Under the pieces are notes generated by a model. That model saw nothing but the letters and a program-made list of their open reading frames with translations, did no database searches and had not been told where the DNA came from. A DNA stretch of 64,000 bases. Source: Phallusia mammillata. Lineage: Eukaryota. The stretch covers positions 19,840,001 through 19,904,000 of the forward strand of contig OZ281497.1 of assembly GCA_965637545.1 (NCBI GenBank), written 5' to 3'. Position 1 is the first letter of the stretch. Each line of letters starts with the position of its first letter. A program made the translations under genes and the position numbers. Shown here in pieces: positions 1-14,200 of the stretch.

Positions 1-1074
1 AGTAAAATGTCGTCTCCAGGTTAAACTGAAGTGTAACTTCCTGCTCGTTATTTGCAGCTTGCCACCATGTGTGTGAATGCAAGTACGTGGAATCTGTCAT
101 GAACGAGCTCGGGTGCTCGTGACCTCGTTTGCCGGCCTTGCAGCGTCGGCAGACCGGCGGCGAACAATCCTGAGGGCCGGCTTCACAAAATTCCTCGCCG
201 GCGTTTTGACCACATGTGCTGGACGCCAATATGCGGCGACCCGCGGCCAAGTTGCCCACGTCTCCATGGCAACTGTATCGTCCGCATTGTTGCGCGGCAA
301 CGAGTGTCGTCACCGTGAAGCCTGTGGAAAATCAATCATCCTGATTAGATGACAATAACGATTAAAGGAAAGTGCAAGTAGCCTTTGCTTACGTCACTTG
401 CCTGAAACTGTACTTGTTTACGACCTTCTAGGTGCGCATTAACCCCAAAAGATTTGCTAAACCTCGTTGCCGACCTTTAGCCAACGTCAAACCCGATCTA
501 CGTTACGTAATAATACACTGGTATTGGGTTCGGAAGCACCTTTTCCAAACAATGCAGCCATTGTCTATCGATTCTACGTGTTTACAAAGCAATGTTTGCC
601 TGGAAACCCAGCGCTGACCCTGAGAATGGGGTCGTTTTGGGGGTTACGCTAGCTCACCCAACACCACGTAGGTGGAGTTGTGGCCTATCCGCCGATGGTA
701 GAGGAAAGGGTAATTGGTTGGCTGCAGGCGGCAGGTGCGAGAAATTTAATGAGCTCCTGTTTACTGCGTAAGGCAGTCAGGCGCGTGGCACTCACGTTTG
801 ACTTTTATGCGTCGTGATTGCGGGATCAACATAGAGTCATAGGTTCAAGCCGCCCTCACAGCAGGATTATGGTTTTGCTCGAAACACTTACACATTCAAC
901 CGCCACAATCTACCGTTAAGTTAACTTAACATGCAGTATATACCTTATTTTTAAATATGACAGGACATACCAGAAAACAAATGGTGGCATACAAAGCACA
1001 AAAGCAAATCTTTAAAAGACATTAGGGTGTTGCTTACCAAAAATCCACAACAAGATTCTTGAGTATAAAGGCAT
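1..1074 (-). CDS. NTN4: Netrin-4-like / laminin N-terminal (LamNT) domain protein, 5' part (exon 1 1074-1038, exon 2 321-1, continues off the window)
   Basis: Manual minus-strand translation gives signal peptide MPLYSRILLWIFG|FTVTTLVAA, then QQCGRYSCHGDVGNLAAGRRILASSTCGQNAGEEFC...HEHPSSFMTDSTYLHSHTWWQAANNEQEVTLQFNLETTFY. This matches the netrin-4 LamNT pattern (GNLALGR..TTCGQNA..HLPSAMAD..TWWQS..IQLDLE). GTAAGC donor at 1037 and TTTCCACAG acceptor at 322 are phase-compatible. Not in the ORF track. Confidence 0.85.
765..900 (+). mobile_element. Degenerate tRNA-derived SINE-like fragment
   Basis: B-box-like GGTTCAAGCC at about 842-851 followed by a ...GAAACACTTAC... segment in a locally GC-rich block; ends not defined. 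Confidence 0.3.
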
Positions 1075-2299
1075 CGGTTTTCCTGTCATATCATAAGAAG
1101 TGAAATTCGCGGCTAAAACCTTGCGACGTCGGTAGCATTAGGCTTACCTATACTAAACCCAAACTCGAAAGCCAAAAACCTGTTAATTTCTCTAAAACAT
1201 AACATTGCATTACTAAACTGCCAATAAAAAATCCTTTCACGCATGTTGTTTTCCTATTTGCGACTCACAAACAAACAAAACGCCAACTGAAATTTCATGT
1301 GGGCTATATGTTATATTCGTTTGCTATTTATGCTTTCGTAGGTATTTCCCAGCAAGACAAACTCATAACTACCTTTGACATTTTGCGGCAACAGCGCATA
1401 CATATCGTTGCTTACAAGTGCACGCAGCTCTAGCAAATATGTTCGTTCAAATTTCTGTGCATCTGTTTTTCGTCCAATACAAGTGTAGCAATCGCAAGCA
1501 AAATTGACTCTCTAGCACCCAATACTATTTAGCGGTACTATTTTGCGTCATTAAATTGTAATAAATAATTAGAAATTTATAGTATGTACGCATTTGGTTG
1601 ACAATATTGCACTACTTTAACAAATCAGATTTAGTGCTTGCATGTAGTACAAAAATTTTGCACAAGTTTGACGACAATTGGCAAAGACTTCGTGACGGAT
1701 TATTATTATTGATTTGAACAGACATCAGAAAACGTGTCGTCTTTATGTGTTAATAATCATTAATGTGTTAATATTCGGTTGCAATAACCGGAATATAGCG
1801 CGGGTTTGCAGTTTCGTATTAATAACTGCTGCCTATTTATACTTTTTGCCGCCGCGTTTATATCTACGTACGCTGTACCGGGTTAGTTGACTTCCGACTT
1901 ATGATTGTGAGGCCTATTGCTGTCAACAGGTTTGTTTTTGTAGTTTTTGTCACGTTTTCATTTGTCAAAACTTACCAAGTCGCTGTTTTTAAAGTAGGTG
2001 CAAAGCACTTCGCACAAATTGCAAATAATTTAAACAAATGACCTTACATTTGCACCTTTTTTGGTAGCTTTAGTTTGATGTTTAGTTTTCAGATAAGTGT
2101 TTAACTATTATTGGATTAAAGTAGTTTTCACAATTTGTTTAGATTTTTGTGTGTGGTTTAAATATGGTGTCTTTAGGAAATCAGATCTATTTGCATTTTG
2201 CAATGAAAGAATATGTTTGACTTGATATTTGATATCATGGACTTAAATATTGTTAAACCTGATAACTGCTAGTGTTGGGATATATTTGAGTTTGTCAGC

Positions 2300-5200
2300 A
2301 TGCCTGGTTCTGGGTGGATTTTGCCGGTTAAGGCAAAGTATGGTGTAGGTGAGTATTCATATATATTTGCTAAAAAGACGTGTAAATGTATGACATGCTA
2401 TTCTACACATTGCACAGCCAAGATGTTTTTTGTGCTTGTTAAGTTTATTTCTGCACCCAACTTGTTTCTAGTGCATTGAAAAACTAGAAATCTTACAAAG
2501 TCAAACTTCCAAAGTTTACTTGATTTAAGTCTCTGTAGTTTAAAGAATTAAACCACACAAAAGAATTAAAAGTGTATTTCATTTTCATTATGAATCAAAG
2601 AATACAAGTTCTGCATTTTCAGACAGAGTTTATCTAACTTGATTTGGTTCAATTTTTTAGCTGTTTACAACTATAATTCAAAAAATGAACACCACCTGAA
2701 GCTGTCAGTTGGGGACACGGTTCATATAATAGAGGAATATGAAGGTGAATTATTGTTGATTTTGTGATTATTTAATATTTGCAACTGAAACATAATACTG
2801 CTCATTGAAAACCAATTATCAATCATACTAAACTGGTGCCTTGACTACAGTTTACCTGACTTTGTTTTGGTTTTAGGAAAATGGTATCGTGGCTACATCA
2901 TTCTAAACAAAGCTGTCAAGGTATGAGCTAACTTAAAATGATTAAATTTGCTAGTTATTGGTTTCCATTGATTTGTTTCTAATATTACTTGTATAAAACA
3001 TACATGACAAACATGTGGGATTTAAGTGTTTTTACGTAATCATTCATATACTTGTGTTTTTAAAGTGTATATATACTGGTTGCAACCATGATGGAAAGAT
3101 ATACATCTTTGCAATAAAATCGTTTGAATCAAACACACTTAAATTTTGTTCCAAATATTGAACAAAATTATCATTTGTTCCCAGGGTATTTTTCCTGCAA
3201 GTTATGTCCACTTAAAAGAGGCTATTGTTGAAAGGAGGGGGTGAGTTTCTCTCATTATTAACACTAATGCATTTTTGATAAACACGTAGTGCCATTGCAG
3301 TGCAATTTTTTTGAAGTATATATTATCTATTTACATTGTCATTATTTGCAACACAGAAAGACAGAGAGTATTGTCACCACAGAGCTTCCAATAGTGCAAG
3401 AGGTTTCCCATGTACTACGAGAATGGGGAGCTATATGGAAAGACATGTTTATGGTTAGTTGTTGGAGTTTTTCTATTGAACTGTATAATATCCTATTTTT
3501 AATTCTACATCAACAGCTGAATCGAGATGAACGGGTGTTCACTCATGTTTGCAAAATGATGCGAGAATTAATTTACATGAGACGACAAGTTGTGTCAGGA
3601 ACTTTGCCTGCTGATGAGCTGGGGCGAACATCCCATCAAATTGCAGACAGAATGGATTATGGCAATCGCTTACTGCAACTCGATCTAAGCATTCGCAGCG
3701 AAGAAACTTGTATCCCAGCTGATGTTCAGACATTGTCTGCTGTCGAAGTGTTTAAACTGGTAAGTTCTGTAATTGGTCACAGTTGGAAGGAGTTTTATGT
3801 GAAAATAGAATCCATTCACACATTGTAGTTCTGGGTTACATTGCTTACAAAACATACTATTGGTTTTGTTGTTACATATTTTGCACTGCTTCGCTTTAGA
3901 TTTAGATCAATATCTTCAATACCTTTCTGGACAAATTGCTGTTTTTATTTTTTAGCATGAAAAAGCGTCCATAAAGGTTGACCGACGTATTGCTGAAGAA
4001 AGGATACACAGTGGTAAAGAATCAACCACAGAAGTAATTCAGGACAACAGAAAATCACATGTGGACAGGTAAACTAGTTACCAATGTTTAAATTACAAAG
4101 CAACTGTACAATGTTTAATATTTACCTTTACTTGCAGCTTGTTTGTGATGGTAAAAAACTTTGTTTGTCGAATTGGTGAAGATGCCGATGTTTTTATGTC
4201 ACTGATGTGCGAGGACAGAGAAATCATTCCTATTAGGTAAAATTCCGAACATTGCATGTGTACATGTTCTTTACTTGCCAGTGAATGTGCAATTCTTTCA
4301 GTGAAAACTACTTTGTGCGATGGGGAAGTCAAGGTCTGCCCAAGAACATTGAAATGCTTAACAACCTCCGGGCTATTTTCACTGTAAGTTGTTGCCATGT
4401 AAACAAAGCGGTAGATGAGTTGTTAAGGATTTGCCAATCAGAGCCTATCATAGTTCCAACTTATTGCATAACCTTCCAACCATGTTTGCAACGTATATTA
4501 ATAGAAAAAAATGTTTTAGGATTTGGGGAGCAAGGATTTACAAAAGGAAAGGATATTTTTGGTTTGCAAAATTGTGAGAATAGGTGGGTTTTATTGTTAG
4601 AATATTAAGTCTAAAGTTTTCTGTCTATTTTTTCCTAACAATAATATTGCTCTGTTTTTTAAATATAATAATGTGTCCTTTTTTCCACTTGCTCTTGTAT
4701 ACCCACGCATTTGCTTAATTAACTGTACTAGGTCGAATGGATCTAAAGGTCACTGAAACCAAAAAGATGACCCTTGGACTAAGAAGAGCTTTTGGTGCTG
4801 CTGTCATGGATATCACAACAATTATGAAAGGATCCACAGAAAGTGATGAAGACAAACAGCATTTTATCCCTTTTCTTCAGTAAGCTTTTTAAATTGATTG
4901 TTTAACCATAATTTTAGGGTTGCTGACCTAATAGTTGCTTTCTTAAACAGAGTCTCTGGTGAAAATGAAAGTTTGCAGCAGGTCATCCAGAGAGCAATAA
5001 GTAGTCGTGGTGATATTAATCACAAAGGACAAGGTCTGTGATTAATTGCCGTCTTAGGTTGTATTTGTTTTTGTAATGTACAGTATACAGTGGCATGTTG
5101 TAATGTAGAATATAAATATCGGATTGCATCAATGTAACATAAAAGATAATCATATATGGGAGGAGTTTGCAAGTTGCATTTAAAATGCAGGTTTATGGGT

Positions 5201-8200
5201 GTCACTAAAGATGCTTAATGGTGATCTGAAGACCATCCGACATGACTTTCCCCACTTGGTCGATAGAACAACGGCGGTTGTCAGAAAAATGGGTTTTCCT
5301 GAAATTATTATGCCTGGAGATGTTCGCAATGATTTGTATGTTACAATCATCCAGGTACACATTCATTTTTTTATTAGTACTTTGCCTGATCAGACAAGAT
5401 ATAGATACTGTTTGTACCCCAAAAACTCTAATAAACTGTCTGATTGTTATGTGCATGTTTGTTATTCCAGGTCATAATACAGACCTGTTTTAATCCTTGC
5501 TATGTATACACCACAGTAGTGGGAACCTGACAGGCTTGCCTCTTTAGTGTTGTTGTGTAGTCGAAGCATTGCATTTCCTGATGGTGTCACTCATGTTGGC
5601 ATGTATTCAAGCCTATGTATTTTGGTCTTCACAATCTCAATACGTTTTTGCAGTCTCATCCAATGTTATGTTGATTACAGGGTGAATTCGAAAAAGGCAG
5701 CAAGACTGCTCAGAAAAATGTTGAAGTTACTATGAGTGTTTGTAATGAAAAGGGCGCTGTCATTCCTGTAAGTACAAAAATACATACACAGGATGTTATT
5801 ATGTCTTCTTAAATTTTTTACCGGGTGTTCAAAGTTACAAATAAAATGTGAATAATTAGACAATAATTTGTGACTTGACCGCTCTACTGAAATATCAAAC
5901 CAAACTTTAAATGGATATCTTACCTCAAGTGTTCAACAATTCTTGATGTAACTAACCCTTATCTGCATTTTTGTTTCTGAGATATATTTGTGCAGGTACG
6001 AGTAACACCTTAAATTTAACAGTTTTTAATGTACATGTGCATACAGATTGTAGTCAGCATGGGATCTGGGGAAGACCCTGAAAATCAATATCGCTCACAC
6101 ATCTACTACCAGAACAAAACTCCAAAATGGATGGAGGTTGTCAAGGTATGTGTTGAACAACTTTGTGTGTTTACATTGTAAGGAAATTTCTGCTTGTTTT
6201 GTAAACCATCACCAAATGCATGCACCAGATTTCAAATATTGCAATGCAGGAAACAAATGTGTTTCAGGTCCAAGTCCCCATTGAGGATTTTTATAATGCA
6301 CATTTGCGCTTCACATTTCGCCATCGCTCAACTACTGAAAATAAAGACAAAACTGAGCGGGACTTTGGATTAGCATTTGCTCGTCTTATGAGGAATGAGG
6401 GAACTACACTTCATGATGGAATACACAATCTGCTAGTTTACAAAGTAAGTAGGTTTCAGTCAGGCTATCTATGTTTGCTTGGATAATCATCTAGATTTTA
6501 TTGGCAACAGGTAAACAATTACCATGTGTTAATTTAGGGACCTGTATTCCAGCATGAATTGTGACTATGAAAATTAAAAACTTGGAACATACAAATTTAG
6601 TCGATAAAAATATGTCGCATTATGAAAAAAAATATATGCATGAAGTGTATTTTCATTTTTAGGTTGAATCTCGCCGACTTGAGGCAAACGATGCTAAAAA
6701 GTACCTCAACTTGCCATCTACTCGTGAAGAATGGGAAATTATGCAAAATTCACATAAGGGCAAGGGAGGGGTGTCACCTTCAAGTGGTCATCGCTCATTT
6801 GCTCCAAGGGCCGAGGGTTTTACAGGAAGCAAAGATGTTTTTCAAATCTCAACACTTGTCTGCTCCACAAAACTTACTCAAAATGGTGAGGTTCTTAATG
6901 CATTCTTCAAATGGTAACTTTTTGCAAGTAATTTTTGTATCTGGCTTCACTTTTTGCAGTGGATTTGCTTGGATTGCTTAAGTGGAAAGCTCAACCAGCG
7001 AAGTTAAAAAAGACCCTTGAATCTATTATGAAGGTGGATGGTGAAGAGGTGGTGAAGGTACTAAATTCAATTTGTCAAATTTATGTCTAACTTCCATTGA
7101 AGGACACTGCTTAAATGAGTACCTTTTCTGTAGTTTTTGCAAGACACCTTGGATGCCTTGTTTAATATACTGATGGAAAACCCTGAAAATGGATCTTATG
7201 ACTCAATGGTGTTTGATGCACTGGTAAGTTTTATACATACCTGGAGTTCAAGTGCGCATGGCAAATCAATTTATAGCATTGCTTTTTTTATTTCAGATAT
7301 ACATCATTACTTTAATTGCTGAAAAGAAATTCTTTCATTTCCATGCTGTACTGGATAGTTATATCCTTGAACATTTTAGTGCAACTCTCGCTTATGAGTA
7401 AGACTTGGCTATCCCAAATTTGCAAATAAAAAAAATGCTAATTATTTTTTTTATCACACTATCTGCAGAAAGTTAACAGCTGTTTTGGTGAAATACCTGG
7501 ATCAAGTGAAAAATGCAGATTATCGTGAACCACTGTTAAAAGCACTCAAGTCGTTGGAATATATTTTTAAATTTATTGTCAGATCAAGGGTTCTTTTCCA
7601 ACAGTAAGTAAATGTTAGGTTTTAAAACTGTAAGTTTGGTATTTTTCTTTGTATTTGTTTTCATATATTGACTCTCGTTTGAAACCACCATATGTTTAGA
7701 AGCAATTTTACGTTTTATTTTGTCCTTGTCCAGTTAGCCTGTAATCTAATTGGTTAGACATCCCAATTATATTTGGGTTTTTTTAGGCCCCCTGAACTGA
7801 TCCCACCAACGTTCCCCACCGCCGTGTTTACCCACAATGCGCCAACCTTAGTTTCTTGTAATACACAATCACATAACGCCTTATAATACGGTGTGGCTGC
7901 AGCGCGTTCAGCCATGATTCACCAATTGTGCACTTTTTTGCGCCCCATAACGTTTGAACGTTGTGCATCTATTTCCGGCTTGGTGATTGTTTTAGTGCTA
8001 TTGTGTTGCTATAAAGAAAACAATCTCATCTCATCATCTTTCATACCTTGTTTTCTGTAGGTTCGATGACAAGGGTCGCCAATCGTTCGAGCAAGGAATA
8101 CGAAAGGTCTTCGAGGCGATCAACAAGCTAATGAAGATCACAGATGACTCGATGATCGTCCTGCAGGTAACGCAATAATTGTTTACCTTGACAATTGGAT

Positions 8201-11200
8201 GATTTCACGTTACGAGCTTTTTCATAGGATTTTCTAGGCCGTTTTATAGACACGGACTGCTGTGTTTTGTAGCAGGTTTCCGGCAGTTCATGTAAACGCA
8301 TATATTAAACAACTGGTTTCTTAAACAAGTTTCTTAAGTACCAAATGCAAATAGAAATATCATTAGGTTGTCTACTTTGTAACGCGATGCTCGTCGTTAA
8401 GAAACGTGAACAAGCATTGAGGTTGGTTCAGAGCTGTACCAAACACGACCTTGTTTAATTTTATTGCAGGCAACGGCCATGAAATACGCTCCATCGGTGA
8501 TTAAGGACGTAGTCACCGTGTTTGAACCAAAACAACTAAGGTGAGCAGAAGCAACAAGCAAGGCGTGCCATGGATTAATTACCTCCATTTCACCTCACGC
8601 ACCTCTGTTTCCTCCATTCATTACTATTTCTACACACAAACAGACAACAGCGGCAGCCCAGTCAGCTCACCAGGAAATGGGCCCCATCACAATGCACGCG
8701 TTCTCTTTCTTTCTCTGCTGTTTGCTTTAGCCTGCGGTCATACGTCGTGAGTCGGAAAGCGTAGACAGCGTCATTGGATCGCTATTGGTCGGCGGCGCGC
8801 GACATGCTCTGGCGGGCCTGTTTAAATACGCCGGGCGCAGCAATAGGACAAGGCATGTACAGATGATTTCAGGTGTAGTGTTACTCGAGACACGTAGTCG
8901 CATTGTTTATTGGTGTCACTTAGAAAGATCAGTTGAGAGGGTACCGAGTAATGGACTTGCCAGATAAGGTTACAGTTATAAGTGGGGTTTAATTGGGCCG
9001 ATTGAAACCGCGTGCTGTTAGTCAGCGTGTTTACTTTAGTGTAGTTGTCTAGCTGGCCGTGGATTTGTGTAGGACCAGGTAAGCAAGGATTTATTTCTAC
9101 CGTGTTGTTGTAGCCAGCGCTAGGATTGTTTCAATAAGTAGCAAGTGATGGACCTTCGACGAAAAACCTCATTCAGTTTGGTGGACAAGGTCATACGACG
9201 CACTCCGTCGAAGCGTAAGAACCAAGTTATTGGTGAAAGTTGTACACCAGGTTCTACTGGCACCCCTTCCAAAAGAAGACTTAGGCACATTGGCTCCGAC
9301 CTTGTAAAGCGAGTTGAAAGTGCAGTACAGGCTAAGAAGATAGAGCACAATCAGAGGTATGATACTGTGCTGGGCAAAACGTGGATGTTTTTGTACCCAG
9401 GCTACTTATTTTGAGTGACAGTAGTAATAATATACCCTTTTTGCTAGTGGAAATATGTTGCCTTATTGTACATATAGCCTACATGTCAAAATTTACTTGA
9501 CATAGCCCCCACTGTTGCAAGACTGCAGTAATGATTCTAGTTGTTGTTAGTGGAAATGTGTTGCATAGTTGTTGTACATATCAAAAATTTATTTCACAGC
9601 CTGCTGCTACAAGATTTCATCAAAAACGTTCCAGCCGAGCGGTTGACGCGACAAAAAGTTGTTTGCATGTTGGACATTGTGCACAGTGACATATTTAAGA
9701 TCCAAGGTATGAAATGATGTGTTTCGTTTTGCAATATTCACCTGTAAAATTTAGACCAACCCTTGTCAAGGTGGTGTTTGTTTGAACAGAATGTCGTGTC
9801 ATCCTCTTGAAAATGATGATGCTTCACTTGAAAGAACTCCTAGAGAAAGAAGAAGAGCTTGAAGTTTGCGTTCACTTGCTGGGCGATATCCTTACCATGC
9901 TTCGTTCTTCTAACGTGATTGGAATATTTCTTTGTTCCAAACCTATTTTTTCTTCTCTAACCCTGCAATTTTTGCGCAGGACTCAAACAAAAGCGATATT
10001 CAAGAAGTGACCAACACCCTTCTCCGAACGGTGATTCAGACCGTCATTAGACTTGATCGCAAAGGCAAACAAGCAGTAAGATTTGCAATCCTCAGTACGA
10101 AGTTGGTTTGTTTACCTATTTTTTCTGTGTTTCAGGCAAGTTTCGTAGCGTGTCTCATATCGATGTTACGACAAATGGAAGAATACCATTATGACGCATA
10201 TCTCTCTTCGTTTCCAAACAAATTTGACCTCATGGTAATGTGAAAAAAAGTCTATGGGTATCTTTTACTTGCTCGTGTTGTCTTGTCTTAAAATAGCCTT
10301 TAACAAGATACAGTAACCCTAAAAATGGCCGGTTGTATAAATCTAAACGTTTTTGAAGACATGCCAAAAATGAAATATTACAATGTAGCCTAGTCTATGT
10401 CATATAGTTTTTGGCCCCGAAAGTGAGTTGGTTGGTTGCTTTGCTTTTAAAATTTTTGTCAGATGTTTAAATTTAGTTTTAAATTACGATGTAAATTTAA
10501 ATGCCAAGGTAAATCACCTTTATAAAAAATCCTGACTTTTATTGATTAGCCTAGCCTATATGTTTTTGTTTTTAAAGGATTTTTTAATGGAAATCTTCTC
10601 GCTGTTTAAAGACCTCATTGACAACAACGTGTACAGAAACGATTGGATTACAATGACGTCGCTTCAAAACTTGTAATTGAGCACCGTTTTCTTTACACCT
10701 TTGAAATGAACCCGATAACATAACCTCAATTGGAAAAGTTGTGAATAAAATTGCATTTTGTATTTTTTAGGACGTTCATGAGAGCAATCAAGTTTTTCAC
10801 CAAAACCCTAAACAAGTCATTCCTGGACGAAAATTCATTTGAATCTCAGGTTCGTGTTTATTTAACAAGTGTAGTTTAAACGCTTGTCGGTCCATTACTA
10901 GTTTTGTCATCTTTCACGTAAAACCGTACATGACGCACCGAGCAAATGTTCTCTTATAGTGCATGATCTTTAACTGCCTTTTAGTTGCGTTTATCTAAAG
11001 GTCATAAAATGGGATATGCTAACTTGCTGCTGCAGCGTTATTTGAGCTTTTTCGCACGAATTAAAGGGGGCCTGTAAACGGTTTTAATTAACACCAATAG
11101 ATTTTAAACTAAATACACTTTACTAGTTGCTGGATTGTAGGCTACTTGCTAAAAAAACTTGTCCGCCAAACTTAAGATTTTCATCAACATTATTTGAAGT

Positions 11201-14200
11201 TATGAGCTTAATTTTCACCATGTGTAAATTCCACAGCTTTGGAACAACTTCTTTCACCTTGGTGTGACCTTCCTAGCCCAGGACGCCCTACAAATGGAAC
11301 GATTCTCTCACAACAAACGCCTCAGCATGGTTAAAAAGTAAGCGCACGCTCCCGCATCATTCGAATGTTATTTTTCAAACGCGACATGCGTCACACTATG
11401 CGCTCAAGCATGACCCGACCAAGACTGTTAATTACTGGTTCGCTTGTTTGCAGGTATGGAGATCTTCGATGCGAGATGGGATTTGAAATCAGAGGAATGT
11501 GGTTCAACCTGGGTAGGTGCCTGATTCTTGCACTTGCGGCCCATGAATGTAACTTCATTACCCGACTGATAAAAGTTAAAGCATATAAGTTATTTAGATG
11601 TGTTTCTTTTTTGACCTAAATTCAAAAGCGGTATTTGTATTGCTTAACTGTTTTGAAACATGTTTCTTATACATATAAATTAAACATGATAAACATACAA
11701 ATTTCCAAGAAAATTCCTAATAAAACCATGTGACTTTTGTATCCAATCAGGTCCTCACAAGATCAAGTTCATACCGGGCATGGTCGGTCCAATGTTGGAA
11801 ATGACGCTTGTGCCCGAACCCGACTTAAGAAAAGCGACGATTCCAATCTTCTTTGACATGATGCAGTGCGAGTTACATAGCAAGGGAAACTTCAAAACGG
11901 TTCGTGTTTACTTCCGGGTTTATTCATTCATTGTTTTCCTCTTACGCTCCCCAAATTATTCTCAATTGTGTTCTGCGTTAAGTTATATATATTACAGTTT
12001 TTTCCTTATAGTGATGGGTTTTTAAGGGCATTAAAACAAGCCACTTGGCTAAATAGGCATGCTTTTTCCATTATGGCTATAACTACAACATTGTTTTATG
12101 CTCTTCTCTTTGTTTGTGTTTGATTAGCAAGTAAAGTAACACTTCTTGAGCATTTACACGCTACTTGTATCTTTTTTAACGCGACAACCCCTAACAAAAA
12201 ATAATCATAAAATGACAATTCTGAAATACGATTGCATTGCTATCTGGTCGAATGTGATTTTGTACATTCAAAACAACTAGTAAATTTAAGTTGCCCTTTT
12301 TCTTGGCTTTTAGTTTGAGAACGAGATGATCACGAAGCTTGATGTACTTGTGGAGGGTGGGAGAGGTGACCAGGAGTACAGAAAACTCTTCAACGAAATG
12401 TGAGTAATTCGTCTCATTCATGTTCAAAAATGATTTTGAGAAAATAAGTGTTTGTGCAGTAGTGTAGCTGCAAGCTAATATGTAGTGGCTCCTGAACCCC
12501 GGGAGTAAACTAAAAATACATTTATGTCAACGATCACGGAATCAAGTTGCTGCTAAAATTCTAATGATAATAATAATGATGGAGCGACGCTTTTGAATCT
12601 GTCAATTAACAAAGTTCCTTTATGAGATCTGGGAAAAAATAGAAGAGTAAATCATTTTTCAAGAAAGACAAATAGGCCAATAATATGGTTTCGAAGTAGT
12701 TTCGAGCTTTAATTGAAATAAACATTTTGGAATCAAATTTCAGCATGTCCGAGTGGTGTGGAAAGCATCAATACTTGCGTACAACGGGAGTGGAGTTTGT
12801 AAATCTCGTCACCAAGCTTCTCGGTCGCCTGCTTGACTACCGCGATATCATCAGAGACGAGAACCGGGACAATCGGATGAGCTGTACCGTAAATCTCCTG
12901 GTAAGTGCCACAAGTATCAATAACACCCTATTGAGTTTGTCGTATAATGATTACTGCAAAATGGTACCACAAAACATCCAAAAAATGTTTGTGCTGAAAA
13001 AAGCAAATTTACCTATTGTCACGTAGATGTATTGTCTTTTTACAGCATTTTTAACAAACTACGCTGGGTTTCGTGTAGGATATAGTTAAATATTTGTTTT
13101 TCAATGCAATTATTTGACCGCTGCAGAATTTCTACAAAGACATCAACCGGCTTGAGATGTACGTCCGTTATCTCTACAAGTTATGCGATCTACATCTCGA
13201 GTGCGAGAATTACACTGAGGCTGGCTTCACGTTGCTACAACACGCACAACTGCTGAATGTAAGTACAAACGGTTAGCACCAAATATGAGACGGTACGCGC
13301 ATTACGCACTAACAACTTTTTAATAAAGCGCTTGATTTTCAAAGGATGCCTTTTTAACGAACTGAGAAATCTTAATTTGTACAAACCTTTTGCCGACCAC
13401 CACCTTTTTGGTAACTGCTTAAATTTCGGGAAAAATGCCCTGATTGTAAACAATGCGCTTTAAAACTATTAGCTGAGCACCATAAAACATTGTCTTTTCT
13501 GTAAATTCACCGCACAAACCCATCGACTGGTCAAGTAGAAGAAGATTGTAAGCAAATTGACTGATGTATTGTCATGTAGTGGTACTGAGGGCCCCTGGTC
13601 TTACCTTTACATGTTTAGCTATCTGTCAAATTCACGACATATCAAACCTTTATCTTGATGTGCAGTGGTCGGACGAAGTTCTTATCACCCGCAACCTGCG
13701 CTACAAGGAAGCTCAAACTCACCGGGAGTTGAAGGAAGCTCTCTACTACGACATCGTTGATCTCTTTCAGCGGGGTAAGATGTGGGAGGAGGGAATCAAA
13801 CTGTGCAAGGAGCTCGCCGTCCAACATGAACAAGAAACTTTCAGATACCAACTCTTGTCTGATATCCTGGTAGGTTTATTCGATGGTTGAAGTAAATGTA
13901 TGATGTCTTTGGTCTGAAACATTTATACATTGCTCAACTCGTATTTAGCTAGGATGCCATCAATACATTTGTGGATAGTATGAACTCTTTAATAGCGGCA
14001 ACATGGAACAGAAAGCCACACGTGTCAACTTTGTAAAAAAAAATCACAAATTATTTCTTGCCTACTTCGTCGCTTTAGGCTTGTTAGGGACACATACAGG
14101 CAACAAAGCACAAAGATTTATGTTTGACAGCTTGTTCAATTTGAAACCTTCAACTACATTCTTTCCCAATTCTGATTGTTTGTTTACTAAATCCAAATTT

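Noticed and set aside
77-352. ORF-track ORFs 77-352 (+) and 97-300 (-)
   Set aside because: Shadows of the netrin-4-like exon, which is in a third frame on the minus strand.
5470-5640. Possible intronic snoRNA in DOCK
   Set aside because: No convincing C/D or H/ACA box arrangement or closing stem.
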